Part shown: positions 1-10,458 of the stretch, piece after piece | Numbering within the stretch: position 1 is the stretch's first letter | Layout of the letters: every line of letters begins with the position of its first letter | Assembly (NCBI GenBank): GCA_944392485.1 | Contig: CALXWO010000001.1 | Coordinates: 114,725-178,724, forward strand | Direction of reading: 5' to 3' | Source: an uncultured Clostridia bacterium | Lineage (GTDB): Bacteria; Bacillota; Clostridia; TANB77; CAG-508 | Length of the DNA: 64,000 nucleotides | Notes under the pieces: model-generated | Database searches by the model: none | Told to the model about the DNA's origin: nothing | Seen by the model: only the letters and a program-made list of their open reading frames with translations | Translations under genes and position numbers: made by a program

Positions 1-23
1 AAAAACTTTTATAGATAATACTC

Positions 24-1487
24 CTATTTTATTAATTTTTTAATAATTTCTCTTTCATCAAAAGGATACTTTTTACCATTTATTTCTTGGTATGTTTCGT
101 GCCCCTTACCTGCTAATACAATAATGTCATTCTTATTTGCCATATTTATTGCATATTGCATTGCTTCTATTCTATCTACAATTGTTATATATTTACCCTT
201 TGTTTTTTTTGTTCCTTCTTCTATTTGTTTTACAATTTTTTCTGGATCCTCTGTTCTTGGGTTATCAGATGTTATAATTGTAAAATCTGCTATATTTCCA
301 GAGATTTCTCCCATTTGAGGCCTTTTACCTGGATCTCTATCTCCTCCACATCCAAATACTGAAATAACTCTTCCTCTTGTATAACTTTTTACAGCGGATA
401 ATATATTGTGTAAACTTTCTGGTGAATGTGCATAATCAATCATTATTGTAAGATCTTTTTTGTTTGGCACAAGTTCACTTCTTCCTGGTACTTTTACTTC
501 TAATAATGCCTCTTTTACTTCGTCTGCAGTCACTCCAAACCTAGATGCTATGCTTATTGCTACTAATGAATTATATACACTAAATCTTCCTGGTATTCCT
601 GTTTTTACTCTTTCGTTTCTATTACCAATCTTTACTTTAAAGTCTACACTAGAATTTGTAACTGTAATATCTTTTGCAAGTAAATCTGCACTATTATCTA
701 TTCCATATGTTTTTATATCACAATTTGGAACTGATTTTTTTACCTTTGCAACTCTAAAATCATCTGCATTTATATAACCTATTTTACACATGTTGAATAA
801 TTTTAATTTTGAATTAAAATAATCTTCCATATTAGGGTGTTCTTTTTCACTTATATGATCTTCTGAAAAATTAGTAAAAACACCAATATTAAAATCACAT
901 CCATCTACTCTATGTAATTTTAAGCTTTGTGAAGATACTTCCATTACAACTGTATCTACTTTTTCTTTTACCATTTCTGAAAATAATTCTTGTAATTCTA
1001 AGCTCTCTGGTGTTGTTCTTTGGCTTTCTCCTAAATTTTTATCTCCTATATAATTTGCAATTGTTCCTATTAACCCAACCTTTTGTCCATGTTTTTCAAG
1101 TATTGATTTTACCATAAAGCTTGTTGTTGTTTTACCTTTTGTTCCTGTAATTCCTATTAAATTAAATTTTGTAGATGGATTATTATAGAAATTGCATGCC
1201 ACCCTTGCAAGTGCAATTCTTGTGTTTGGAGAAAGTATAACTGTTGTATCTTCATTAATATCACTCTTTTTTATACTACTTCCTTCTTCTATAATAATTA
1301 CTTTTGCTCCATTATTAATTGCATCTCTTATGTATTTATGACCGTCTGTCTCATATCCTTTTATTGCAATAAACATTCCATCTTTTTTTACTTTTCTAGA
1401 ATCATGTGCAATATTTTTTATATCAATATCTATATTTCCTCTTGCTTTTAATCCTTCTAGTCCATTTAATAAAGATTTAAGCTTCAT
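24..1487 (-). CDS. murE: UDP-N-acetylmuramoyl-L-alanyl-D-glutamate--2,6-diaminopimelate ligase
   Basis: 487-aa ORF with Mur ligase motifs (GITGTKGKTT P-loop, C-terminal DRDPGKR region); sits at the distal end of the dcw cluster. Confidence 0.85.
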   Translation of the reverse strand: MKLKSLLNGLEGLKARGNIDIDIKNIAHDSRKVKKDGMFIAIKGYETDGHKYIRDAINNGAKVIIIEEGSSIKKSDINEDTTVILSPNTRIALARVACNFYNNPSTKFNLIGITGTKGKTTTSFMVKSILEKHGQKVGLIGTIANYIGDKNLGESQRTTPESLELQELFSEMVKEKVDTVVMEVSSQSLKLHRVDGCDFNIGVFTNFSEDHISEKEHPNMEDYFNSKLKLFNMCKIGYINADDFRVAKVKKSVPNCDIKTYGIDNSADLLAKDITVTNSSVDFKVKIGNRNERVKTGIPGRFSVYNSLVAISIASRFGVTADEVKEALLEVKVPGRSELVPNKKDLTIMIDYAHSPESLHNILSAVKSYTRGRVISVFGCGGDRDPGKRPQMGEISGNIADFTIITSDNPRTEDPEKIVKQIEEGTKKTKGKYITIVDRIEAMQYAINMANKNDIIVLAGKGHETYQEINGKKYPFDEREIIKKLIK

Positions 1488-1591
1488 TTTATTCGCTCCT
1501 TATTTTGTTTATACTTATTTATTATATAATTAATTTTAAATTTTGTATAGTAAATTTAATTATTTTTTGCATTATTAGGTAAATTGTAATT

Positions 1592-3584
1592 TTATTGTAC
1601 ATATACCGTAACCTTTGTACCTTGGTTTATTTGGATTCCTTTTTTAGGTAACTGATCTATTATTATTTGTTCGCTATTTACTTCTTGCTCTAAGCTATTT
1701 TCTATTTCAACTTCTAGTCCTAATTCATTTAATGCACTTTTTGCATCTTTTATACTCATTCCAATTACATTTGGCATTTCTACAGTTTGTGGAATTGTTT
1801 CTTCTGTTTGTTGTTTTTTTATCTCTAAGTATGGCAATACTTCTGATAAAACCTGGCCTGCTACTGGTGATGCTATTCCTCCTCCTTGGTGCCCTCCTTC
1901 TCCTGTTGGGTTATATAATATAACTATAATTGCAACTTCTGGATCTGAAATATCTGCCACCCCTACAAATGAAGCAACATATTTCCCTGTGTTTACACCA
2001 TCTTCAGACGTTCCTGTTTTTCCACCTATTGCATATCCTTTTACTTGTGCACCCTTTCCTGTTCCTTCACTTACTACTGATTCCATCATGCTAAGAACTT
2101 TTTTTGCGGTTTCTTCGGATATAATTTGTTCTCCTTCTGCTTGTTCTATTTCCTTTTTTTCTCCAGTTTTACTATCTATTGTTGCTTTTACAATTCTAGG
2201 AGTAAATTTTTTTCCATTATTAGCTATTGTAGAAACTACAGAAATCATTTGTATTGGTGTAATTTCAAACCTTTGCCCAAATGATATTGTTGCTAATTCA
2301 ACTGGCCCTACTTTATTTTCCTTTAAAAATATACTGCCCGCTTCTCCTGGTAAGTCTATACCTGTTTTTGATAATAATCCAAACTTTTCTAAATAATCAT
2401 AATATTTCTCTACTCCTATTTTTTGACCGTAATCCTATAAATACTGGATTGCAAGAATTCATAAGTGCTTGCCTTAAACTTTGCGAGCCATGCGGTCTAT
2501 AATATCTCCAACATTTAATTCTAGTTCCAGCTATATTAATTGAACCAGTACACGAAAATTCTCCTTGATTATCTGTATCTGTTAACCCCTCTTCTAAAGC
2601 AGTAGATGCAGTAACTAATTTAAAAACAGAACCAGGTTCATATGTATCTGATATTGCTTTGTTTCTCCACATTTGTTGCAATTCTGTTGATTTTTCACTA
2701 GAAGATAAGCTGTCCCATACATATGATAATTCATCTGTATTTATTTGATATGGATTATTTAAGTCATAATTTGGATATCCTGCCATAGCTAAAATATCTC
2801 CTGTCTTTGGATTTGTAATTATAATATTTCCTCCATCTGTACATTTGTTATCAATACAGGCTTCTTTTAAATATTTTTCTGCAATTGATTGAATAGTCAT
2901 ATCTATTGACAAAATTAAATCATTTCCATCAACCGCCGAAATATAATCTTCTCCTTCTTCTCCCAAATCTGTCCCTGTAGCATCTGTTAATTTTAATATT
3001 TTGCCAGTACTTCCTTTTAGTATATCATCATATCTACTTTCAATTCCCTCTAATCCTTGGTTATCACTACCAGTAAATCCAATTATATGTGATGCTAGAG
3101 TTGCATAAGGATAATACCTTTTAGTATCTTCATCAATATTTATTCCAGTAATTATATTATTTTCTTTCATCCATATTCTTAATTTATCAGCATCTTCCTT
3201 TTCTACTTTTTTTACTATCGTTTCTATAGAACTATTTTTATTTACTTTTTTTAATACTGTCTCGTAATCTAACTCAAATATATCTGACATTGCCCTTGCT
3301 ACTTTTTCTTTATCTTCTTCTTTTATATTGTTTGGTGTTACTGATATTGTTTCTACACTCGCACTTACTGCAAGAATATTTTTACCTGTACTATCATATA
3401 TTGTTCCTCTTTTAGGATTAATTTTTCTATTTAAAGTTTGCTGACTGTATGCCATAGCCTGCAATTCTGAACCCTGTATAAATTGAATAGTACCAACTCT
3501 AACAATTAACAAAAAACAAATCATAAAAGATATAAACAAAATGTTTCTTAATCTTTTCTTTCTTTTTATATTTGTCGATTGCAT
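1592..3584 (-). CDS. class B penicillin-binding protein (SpoVD/FtsI-like) with C-terminal PASTA domain; a single +1 (CGG) break at 2427-2429
   Basis: N-terminal TM plus dimerisation domain, transpeptidase motifs (SxxK, KTGT) and PASTA (MPNVIGMSIKDAKSALNELGLEVEIE). The ORF breaks at sense ...GGA TTA CGG TCA...; skipping the C gives the conserved ...IGLGQKIGVEKYYDYLEKFGLLSKTGIDLPGE... Confidence 0.8.
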
Positions 3585-3595
3585 AAAACACCTCT

Positions 3596-3776
3596 TTAAA
3601 TTGTAATTTGTGTGTGTCTCAAATGGGACGGTTCTTGATGGGTCGTTTCCTCAACGTTGTAGGGGTCGCACTCCTGGGCGACCCGAAAATCGGGTATACG
3701 GGGCGCCGAAGACAGCGCCCCCTACATCAAAAAACCAAATTTCAAAAACAAAATTTATTCATACAAATTACAATTT
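3596..3776. repeat. MITE-like element (same terminal inverted repeats) carrying a GC-rich TGTAGGG...CCCTACA three-hairpin cargo
   Basis: AAATTGTAATTTG...GTTGTAGGGGTCGCACTCCTGGGCGACCCGAAAATCGGGTATACGGGGCGCCGAAGACAGCGCCCCCTACATC...CATACAAATTACAATTTG. Confidence 0.75.
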
Positions 3777-3838
3777 GCCTCTCTCAATAAAATAAGATTA
3801 GTATATATGATTAATACTAATCTTATTTAAATATATTC

Positions 3839-4363
3839 TTAATTGTATTTATTATGCCTTGTATTCCGACTTTGCTCTTCTTCTATTACAACTTGTTCTG
3901 TAGCAGGTTCTATATAATCTGTTTTAGGTAGTGTAATATATGTTGTCTGTTTTGAATTTAGTTTTTGCATACCTAGTTTTTCTTTTGCTTCTTGTTCTAA
4001 ATTATTTAAATTTAATCCACTTTCTATAGAAATCTCAAGTTGCGTATTTTGTTTTTGCACTTCCGCCAGTTTTTCCTTAGTTTCTTGTACTTTAGCAAAA
4101 TTTTCGTCAATTTGTGAGTTCCTATAACATAGTCCAAATAATACTAAAAATCCTATTGCTAAATACTTAATGGCTCTATTTTGTTGCTTTTTTATTTCCT
4201 TTACATTGCTACTTCTTTTACTCGTTGGTTTTACTTTTCTGGCAGTACTTTTTTTTGTTTTATACGGATTTTTTATAGGTGTATACTCTGGCTCAAGTTT
4301 TCTTGGGCTTGTTTCATATTGATATTTATTAAAATTTCTTGGCAATTTATACACCTCCTTCAA
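3839..4363 (-). CDS. FtsL-like cell division protein (septum formation initiator family), lysine-rich N-terminus
   Basis: Position between rsmH and the PBP; single TM (AIKYLAIGFLVLFGLCY) followed by coiled coil. The start codon is ambiguous (TTG inside a GAAGGAGG motif). In-frame CGG three codons... near the C-terminus (3866-3868). Confidence 0.5.
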   Translation of the reverse strand: MKEVYKLPRNFNKYQYETSPRKLEPEYTPIKNPYKTKKSTARKVKPTSKRSSNVKEIKKQQNRAIKYLAIGFLVLFGLCYRNSQIDENFAKVQETKEKLAEVQKQNTQLEISIESGLNLNNLEQEAKEKLGMQKLNSKQTTYITLPKTDYIEPATEQVVIEEEQSRNTRHNKYN

Positions 4364-4484
4364 AATTCGTAGAGTAAATTTTGTTACTCTTTGCTCTTAA
4401 CTTTTAACTTTCATACGTCAGTTTTAATCGATCCTTAACTCTTTTTTAAGGTGAGTTGTAGTCTCACCTATAAAGTTTGCAATA

Positions 4485-5427
4485 TTAATTTCTTTCAAAT
4501 ACTCTTAATTTTGCACTTTTACTTCTTGAGTTGTTTTTTATTTCTTCATTACTAGGTAATATTGGCTTTTTAGTAATTACTTTTCCTAATTTCTTCTTTC
4601 CACATATGCAATATGGTAAATCTGGTGGGCATGTGCATCTACCTGTTGCATCTAAATATGCTTGTTTTACTGCTCTATCCTCTAATGAATGAAATGTTAT
4701 TACACACAATCTTCCACTTATATTTAATATTTCTATGCATTTTTTTATTGTATTATATAGTGGTTCAATTTCGTTATTTACTGCTATTCTTATAGCTTGA
4801 AAAGTTCTTTTAGCTGGATGCCCATGTTTATCCAAACCGTTTTTTGGTATGCTATTTTCTATTATTTTAACCAACTCTTCTGTTGTTGATATTTTTCCTT
4901 TTTTTCTATATTCGCAAATACTTTTAGCAATTCTTCTTGAAAATTTTTCTTCACCATATTCAAAAATAATATTTGCAAGTTCTTCTTCTTTATAATTATT
5001 TATAATATATTCTGCAGTTAAAGTTTGGGATTTATCCATTCTCATATCTAGTGGTCCATTTTGCATATAGGTAAATCCTCTAGATTTTTCGTCTATTTGG
5101 TATGAAGACACACCTAAATCTAGTAAAATTCCATCAACTTTTTCTATATTTAATCTTTCTATTATTTCTTTTATATTATCGTGATTATCATGAACATAGA
5201 TAATATTTTTATATTCTTTTAATCTTTCCTTTGCTGACTGCAATGCTTCTGTATCTCTATCTATTCCTATAAGTAGTCCTTTGTTTGATAGTCTTTTTGC
5301 TATCTCTATGCTATGTCCTGCACCTCCGCATTGTTCCATCTATGTATATTCCATCTGGTTTTATATTTAAATTTTCTATACATTCATTTAGCATTACTGG
5401 ATAATGGTTAAATTTTATATTTTCCAA
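4485..5427 (-). CDS. rsmH: 16S rRNA (cytosine1402-N4)-methyltransferase RsmH/MraW, interrupted by a +1 (CGG) site at 5326-5328
   Basis: Conserved RsmH core ([18 protein letters not shown]). The N-terminal 30 aa (TTG start, [24 protein letters not shown]) are in another frame. Sense ATG CGG AGG becomes ATG GGA GGT, giving the DGTMGGAGHS motif. Confidence 0.8.
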
Positions 5428-5796
5428 TTAATATTCAACCTCTAATCTCTAATACGTATAAACAGTTGGTATGTATATTTACCAACTGTCATTCCTTCTT
5501 TGTTTTATCTTTATCTTTTGTGTTTTATTAGGTAGCTTTTAGGCTACCTAATTTGTCTTTTGTACTTCTACAACCTTCTTAAAAAAGTTGCATTATTCTT
5601 TTGTATATATAATTTCACTTTCGTAAATTATATTTTTTTCATTTGTATTATTTAAACTTTTGTATTTTAATAATATTATTTCTTTTGTAATTATTTATCT
5701 TTTGTAATTATTTAATTTTTCTTTTGTAATTTGTAATTATTTTATCTTTTGTACATTAGTATTTTATCTTTAGTTTTTTATATAAACTTTTGCAAG

Positions 5797-6228
5797 TTAT
5801 ATACCTAGGTTTTCCATTCTTTCTGCAATTTCGTCAGCTTCCATGTTTTCTTGTTCGCTGTATTTAAGCCATTTTTCTTTGCTCCAAATTTCTATTTTGT
5901 CAAGCACTCCTATAATTACTACTTCTTTTTCCAACGAAGCAAACTCTCTTAAATTACTACTTATTAAAAATCTCCCTTGTTTATCTAATTCACATTCAGT
6001 TGCTTTTGCAAGGAAAAATCTTTTTAGAGCTCTTGCATCTTTGTTAGTAAGTGGAAATGTTCTTAATTTATCTTCGAAGTTTTTCCATTCGCTTTGTGAA
6101 TACACAAATAAGCATCCATCTAAACCCTGTGTTATAACAAACTTTTCGCCAATATCTTCTTTTAATTTAGCTGGCATTATAAGTCTTCCTTTTGCATCTA
6201 TATTGTGCTCGTATTCACCTATTAACAA
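5797..6228 (-). CDS. mraZ: transcriptional regulator MraZ
   Basis: Duplicated MraZ domains ([22 protein letters not shown]...; ...[13 protein letters not shown]); likely TTG start preceded by GGTGGA; first gene of the dcw cluster. Confidence 0.8.
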   Translation of the reverse strand: MLIGEYEHNIDAKGRLIMPAKLKEDIGEKFVITQGLDGCLFVYSQSEWKNFEDKLRTFPLTNKDARALKRFFLAKATECELDKQGRFLISSNLREFASLEKEVVIIGVLDKIEIWSKEKWLKYSEQENMEADEIAERMENLGI

Positions 6229-6459
6229 ATGGTTCCACCTCTTTTCTTGATAGAGGATTTTGTTCCACTTTCCTCCACTTTGTTCCACTTTGACCATATT
6301 TTATACGATAAATTAATAAAATGCAATAGTTTTTTTAAATTTTTGGTTATTTTTTTTAATATTATTAAATGCTTCTTTTAATTAAAATATAAAAAAAGCA
6401 TAGAATAAGTTTTATACCTTATTTTATGCTTTATAGAACACTACTAATCTAGTACTTTA

Positions 6460-7467
6460 TTATTTAACATTATCTTCTTCTTTTTGCTTGTCATTATTTG
6501 CTTCTCTCTCATTAAGTTGCTCCTGTATTTGTTGAGAATACTGTTTCTGATCCTCTAAAGAGATATTAGAGGCATTGCTTTTAAGAAACATTTCCCTAGC
6601 TGTAGATTCTTTTGTATTTTCTAAAGTATCAGAAAGTTTTTGACTTGCTTGGGTATTTTTATTTTCTCTCCATTCTTTAAACTGTTCTACTTTTTGTTTG
6701 AAGAAACTTTTTATTCTTGCAAAAATTCCAGTTTTTCTTACCATTGCCAAGTCTTGCTTTTTATCAGCTTTTAATTCCGCTTTATTGCTTTTCATAATCT
6801 CATCGTTTTCTTTAATAAGTTTGTTTCTTAATTCTAGTTCTTCTTCAATTTTATTCAACCTTTGCAATAATTCTCTTTTCTTATCTACAACTTTTGCATT
6901 GCTGTTTCCACTTCTTGTTGCTTTATATCCTTTAGGCATTTGTTTAGCAATTTTTTTCTGTTGTTTAGCAAATTCTGATTTTCTACTGTTTGGATCAAAT
7001 CTATCCAATCTGCCTAATTCTCTAAGAATATCTTCTTTTTCTAAACTTAAATCAGATATTCTATCCATATGACCTTGTTGTGCATTATAATATCTTTCTG
7101 CTTGATTATACTGTTTACTTTCATATATTGTTTTTATATTATTTTTTAAAATCCTCTTGTCAACAATACTTTGTAATCTTGTTAATTTAGCGTTTGCTAT
7201 TTTTTTACCTAATAAAGTTTTAGGTGGATTTTCAGAAATTTTTTCTCTTAATTCTTTTAATTTTTCTTGTATTGAAATTGTCCTTTTCTCTGAAAATGTC
7301 ATTTTTGGATTAGTTTTATCAGACTCTTTTTCTGGTTTTTCTTCCTCTTGTTGGTTTTCATTTTCACTTGAACTCCATACATCTGTTGGATTAATTCCTT
7401 GTTCTTCAGGCTCTATTTCTTTTCCATTAACTTCGATGTCTTTTTCTTCCACTTTTTCATTTGCCAT
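6460..7467 (-). CDS. hypothetical charged (K/E-rich) coiled-coil protein
   Basis: 335-aa ORF with RBS GAGGTG; no recognisable catalytic motif. Confidence 0.45.
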   Translation of the reverse strand: MANEKVEEKDIEVNGKEIEPEEQGINPTDVWSSSENENQQEEEKPEKESDKTNPKMTFSEKRTISIQEKLKELREKISENPPKTLLGKKIANAKLTRLQSIVDKRILKNNIKTIYESKQYNQAERYYNAQQGHMDRISDLSLEKEDILRELGRLDRFDPNSRKSEFAKQQKKIAKQMPKGYKATRSGNSNAKVVDKKRELLQRLNKIEEELELRNKLIKENDEIMKSNKAELKADKKQDLAMVRKTGIFARIKSFFKQKVEQFKEWRENKNTQASQKLSDTLENTKESTAREMFLKSNASNISLEDQKQYSQQIQEQLNEREANNDKQKEEDNVK

Positions 7468-7485
7468 TATAAATCACCTCTTATT

Positions 7486-7617
7486 ATAATTTACTTTTAA
7501 TATCCTCTATTATTTTTTTGCATTCTTCTAGTTCTTCATTTGATAAATTTTCAAAATCATTTTCATCAAATTCTAACTTATATTCTTCAAAACTTATTTT
7601 ATCACTATCTTTCATAA
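7486..7617 (-). CDS. small acidic hypothetical protein (43 aa)
   Basis: Short ORF MKDSDKISFEEYKLEFDENDFENLSNEELEECKKIIEDIKSKL with a strong AGGAGG RBS 7 nt upstream, immediately upstream of the coiled-coil gene. Confidence 0.3.
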
Positions 7618-7720
7618 AATCCTCCTCTTATGTATTTAATATACAATATATATTAATTTTAACATAATTTTACAGATTTTGCAATGAAATTATGTAAATT
7701 CATAATAACTTAACAATAAT

Positions 7721-9034
7721 TTAACCTTTTTGTAATATTTTGGTAATATTTATCAAACTTCTATCAGCCATTTTTTTATATCTTTCTTGTTTATCTTTTA
7801 TTTTTTCTTCTAACGGTGGTAATATTCCAAAATTAGCATTCATGGGCTGAAACCTATTATTTTGTGTAGATATATATTTTGAAAGAGCACCTATTACAGT
7901 TTCTTCTGGAAACTCTAACAGCTTAACATTGCTAAAAATTTTCGTTGCGTTTATTCCAGCAAATAGTCCTGAAGCAATAGATTCAACATATCCTTCCACA
8001 CCTGTAATTTGTCCTGCAAAAAATATATTAGGTTTATTCTTTAAATTAAATGTGCTATTAAGTAATACTGGTGAATTAATAAAAGTATTTCTATGCATAA
8101 CTCCATACTTAACAAATTCCGCATTTTCAAGACCCGGTATTAAAGAAAACACCCTCTTTTGTTCTCCAAATTTTAAGTTGGTTTGAAATCCTACTAAATT
8201 ATACAAAGTAGCCATTTCGTTATCTTGTCTTAATTGTACAAGTGCATATGGTTTTTTACCTGTTCTAGGGTCAATAAATCCTACTGGTTTTAATGGGCCA
8301 AACCTAATAGTATCTTCTCCTCTTTTTGCCATAATTTCAATTGGCATACACCCTTCAAAAATTTCTCTTTTTTCAAACTCATGAAGAGTTACAACTTCTG
8401 CATTAATTAATTCATTATAGAATTTCTTGTATTCCTCTTCATTAAATGGCAAATTAATATAGCTGTTATCTCCTTCTTTTCCATACCTATCTCCAAAAAA
8501 AGCAATATCCATATTAATGCTATCTTTTTCTACAATTGGTGCTGCTGCATCATAAAAATATAGCTTGTCCTCTCCAGTAAGATTAGATATTTGCCTTTCC
8601 ATTTTCTTCGAAGTCAACGGTCCTGTTGCAATAATTGTAATACACTTATCTTTCTCTAAAGAACTATTAAATTCTTCCCTTATTATCTCAACATTATCTA
8701 ATTTTTCTATTTCCTCTGTTACAAGCTCAGAAAATTTTTCTCTATCAACTGCTAAAGCTTGTCCAGCTGGGATAGCTGCTTTATCTGCGCATTTAATAAG
8801 CAAAGAATCTAGCATTCTTAACTCTTCTTTTAACAAGCCACAAGCATTAGTAATAGCATTAGACTTAAAAGAATTACTACAAACAATCTCTGCCAAATTA
8901 GAATTAGAATGAGCAGGAGAAAACAAACTTGGCTTCATCTCATACAATTTAACTTTAATACCCCTTTTAGCAATTTGATAAGTTGCCTCACAACCTGCAA
9001 GTCCTCCACCAATAACTCTAATATAATTTTCCAT
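7721..9034 (-). CDS. trmFO: methylenetetrahydrofolate--tRNA-(uracil54-C5)-methyltransferase TrmFO (Gid)
   Basis: MENYIRVIGGGLAGCEATYQIAKRG FAD-binding N-terminus and TrmFO body. The annotated ORF extends upstream only by reading through the REP array; AAGGAG RBS before the ATG at 9034. Confidence 0.85.
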   Translation of the reverse strand: MENYIRVIGGGLAGCEATYQIAKRGIKVKLYEMKPSLFSPAHSNSNLAEIVCSNSFKSNAITNACGLLKEELRMLDSLLIKCADKAAIPAGQALAVDREKFSELVTEEIEKLDNVEIIREEFNSSLEKDKCITIIATGPLTSKKMERQISNLTGEDKLYFYDAAAPIVEKDSINMDIAFFGDRYGKEGDNSYINLPFNEEEYKKFYNELINAEVVTLHEFEKREIFEGCMPIEIMAKRGEDTIRFGPLKPVGFIDPRTGKKPYALVQLRQDNEMATLYNLVGFQTNLKFGEQKRVFSLIPGLENAEFVKYGVMHRNTFINSPVLLNSTFNLKNKPNIFFAGQITGVEGYVESIASGLFAGINATKIFSNVKLLEFPEETVIGALSKYISTQNNRFQPMNANFGILPPLEEKIKDKQERYKKMADRSLINITKILQKG

Positions 9035-9052
9035 AACAAACTCCTTTGAAAC

Positions 9053-9300
9053 TTTTTTGCTCGGAGCAATTTTTCCGCAGGATGAGACCTTTTCGCTCGG
9101 AGCGATTTTTCCGCAGAGCAAGACCTTTTCGCTCGGAGCAATTTTTCCGCAGAAAATTTCCTTAATTTATTTTATCATTCAAAGTAAGATATTGCAACGA
9201 GACCTTTTTGCTCGGAGCGATTTTTCCGCGGGGAGACTTTTTCGCTCGGAGCGATTTTTCCGCGTCAAGATTCTTCCCTTAATCTCTTTCCTTATCAAAG
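9053..9300. repeat. REP-like tandem array A (3+2 units of a 33-34-bp hairpin repeat, orientation GCTCGGAGCAATTTTTCCGC)
   Basis: Directly abutting 33-34-bp units with no spacers. Each unit contains a TTGCTCCGAGCAA-type palindrome. Higher-order duplication of [REP units + ttccttaat...tcaaag tail]. Confidence 0.8.
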
Positions 9301-9336
9301 ATTTTAAAATAATCGTTCCTTTTATTAATTGTTTCT

Positions 9337-10104
9337 TTAATCTTCTTGGCATTCTTTTACAGCTTTTGACATTTTTGATTTGCCAATTTTCAAAAATTTT
9401 CTAACATTCGCTTGCTTATACCCTTTATTTAAAATTATTTCTCTACAAAATTCCTTTAACAACTTTTTATCTTCTTTTATTTCACTTATTTTTATATCAT
9501 GCTTTTCCTCAAAAAACTTAATTGCAATTTCCAAATTCTTATTTTCTCTGTCAACATCCATAATTTCAATTTCTACGTTTGATATGTTTAAAAATATATT
9601 TAAATAGTTGCTTTCTGTGCCGAAAATTTTATTTAAAACCACATCATCAACTATACCCTTTTTATTTAAATAATCGTTATAAGTTGAATACTTATAATCT
9701 TTTGGTGCTTTTACCATGTTTGCTTTTACTGGATTCATATGTATGTAGTTTAAGCATCTTAATAAATAGGTTACACTATCTATATACTCACTATTAAATC
9801 TTCCTCTAAAAACATATCCTACTCTTCCTTTTTCTTTATTATAAAACAATGCATATTTCGAATTTATATTTTGCATGAAAGTTGAAAGCTGGGCTACTTT
9901 TTCAGTATAAATTAAAAGATGTGCATGATTATCCATCATACAATATGCCAAGACTAAAATATTATATTTATTTTTGTATTTCTTAATTAAATTAATATAC
10001 TTAATTTTGTAATCATCTCGGTTAAAAATATACTCTTTATTTAAGCCCTGAACCATGACATGGAAAAAGCCTTTGTCATTTAAACCTCTAGGCAAACTAA
10101 TCAA
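9337..10104 (-). CDS. REP-associated tyrosine transposase (RAYT, IS200/IS605 HUH-Y1 superfamily) with a lysine-rich C-terminal extension
   Basis: N-terminal LPRGLNDKGFFHVMVQGLNKEYIF, HUH motif MMDNHAHLLI, Tyr motif YIHMNPVKANMV; flanked on both sides by inverted REP arrays. Confidence 0.7.
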   Translation of the reverse strand: MISLPRGLNDKGFFHVMVQGLNKEYIFNRDDYKIKYINLIKKYKNKYNILVLAYCMMDNHAHLLIYTEKVAQLSTFMQNINSKYALFYNKEKGRVGYVFRGRFNSEYIDSVTYLLRCLNYIHMNPVKANMVKAPKDYKYSTYNDYLNKKGIVDDVVLNKIFGTESNYLNIFLNISNVEIEIMDVDRENKNLEIAIKFFEEKHDIKISEIKEDKKLLKEFCREIILNKGYKQANVRKFLKIGKSKMSKAVKECQED

Positions 10105-10292
10105 TTATTATATCCTCCTTTTATATATTTTTATTTTGGTTTTTGGGAAATTTATTAAAGATATTTTAAGAATTAAATATTTATAATTTTATATTTAAAA
10201 TACTGTTTTTGCAAGATAAACTTTACCTTGTTTTTCAGCAAAATAAGACATTTATTTTAAAAATTTGACTAAAATTTAAATTAAATTTTTGC

Positions 10293-10458
10293 CGCGGAAA
10301 AATTGCTCCGAGCAAAAAAGTCTCCTGCGGAAAAATTGCTCCGAGCAAAAAAGTCTCCTGCGGAGAAATTGCTTCGAGCGAAATGGTCTCCTGCGGAAAA
10401 ATTGCTCCGAGCGAAAAAGTCTCCCCGCGGAAAAATTGCTCCGAGCGAAATGGTCTCA
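10293..10458. repeat. REP-like tandem array B (5 units, orientation GCGGAAAAATTGCTCCGAGC, inverted relative to array A)
   Basis: Same 33-34-bp unit (consensus roughly GCGGAAAAATTGCTCCGAGCRAAAWRGTCTCCT), head-to-tail, ending at the amidase stop. Confidence 0.8.

Noticed and set aside
124-777. Numerous plus-strand ORFs (60-200 aa) lying antisense within murE, rpoB, rpoC, the adhesin gene and others
   Set aside because: They overlap strongly supported minus-strand genes, and are low-complexity (L/F/I-rich) products of AT-rich antisense sequence without RBSs.
2249-2396. Second frameshift in the PBP gene between the 395-aa and 218-aa ORF pieces
   Set aside because: After the single CGG skip at 2427-2429 the reading frame is continuous with the 1592-2248 ORF. 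The apparent gap exists only because the ORF caller restarts at the next ATG.
10293-10458. CRISPR array (regular roughly 34-bp repeats with hairpin potential at four loci)
   Set aside because: Units abut directly with no spacers, vary slightly in length (33-34 bp), occur at several short dispersed loci and in inverted arrays around a RAYT-like gene. This is REP-type tandem repeats, not repeat-spacer architecture.
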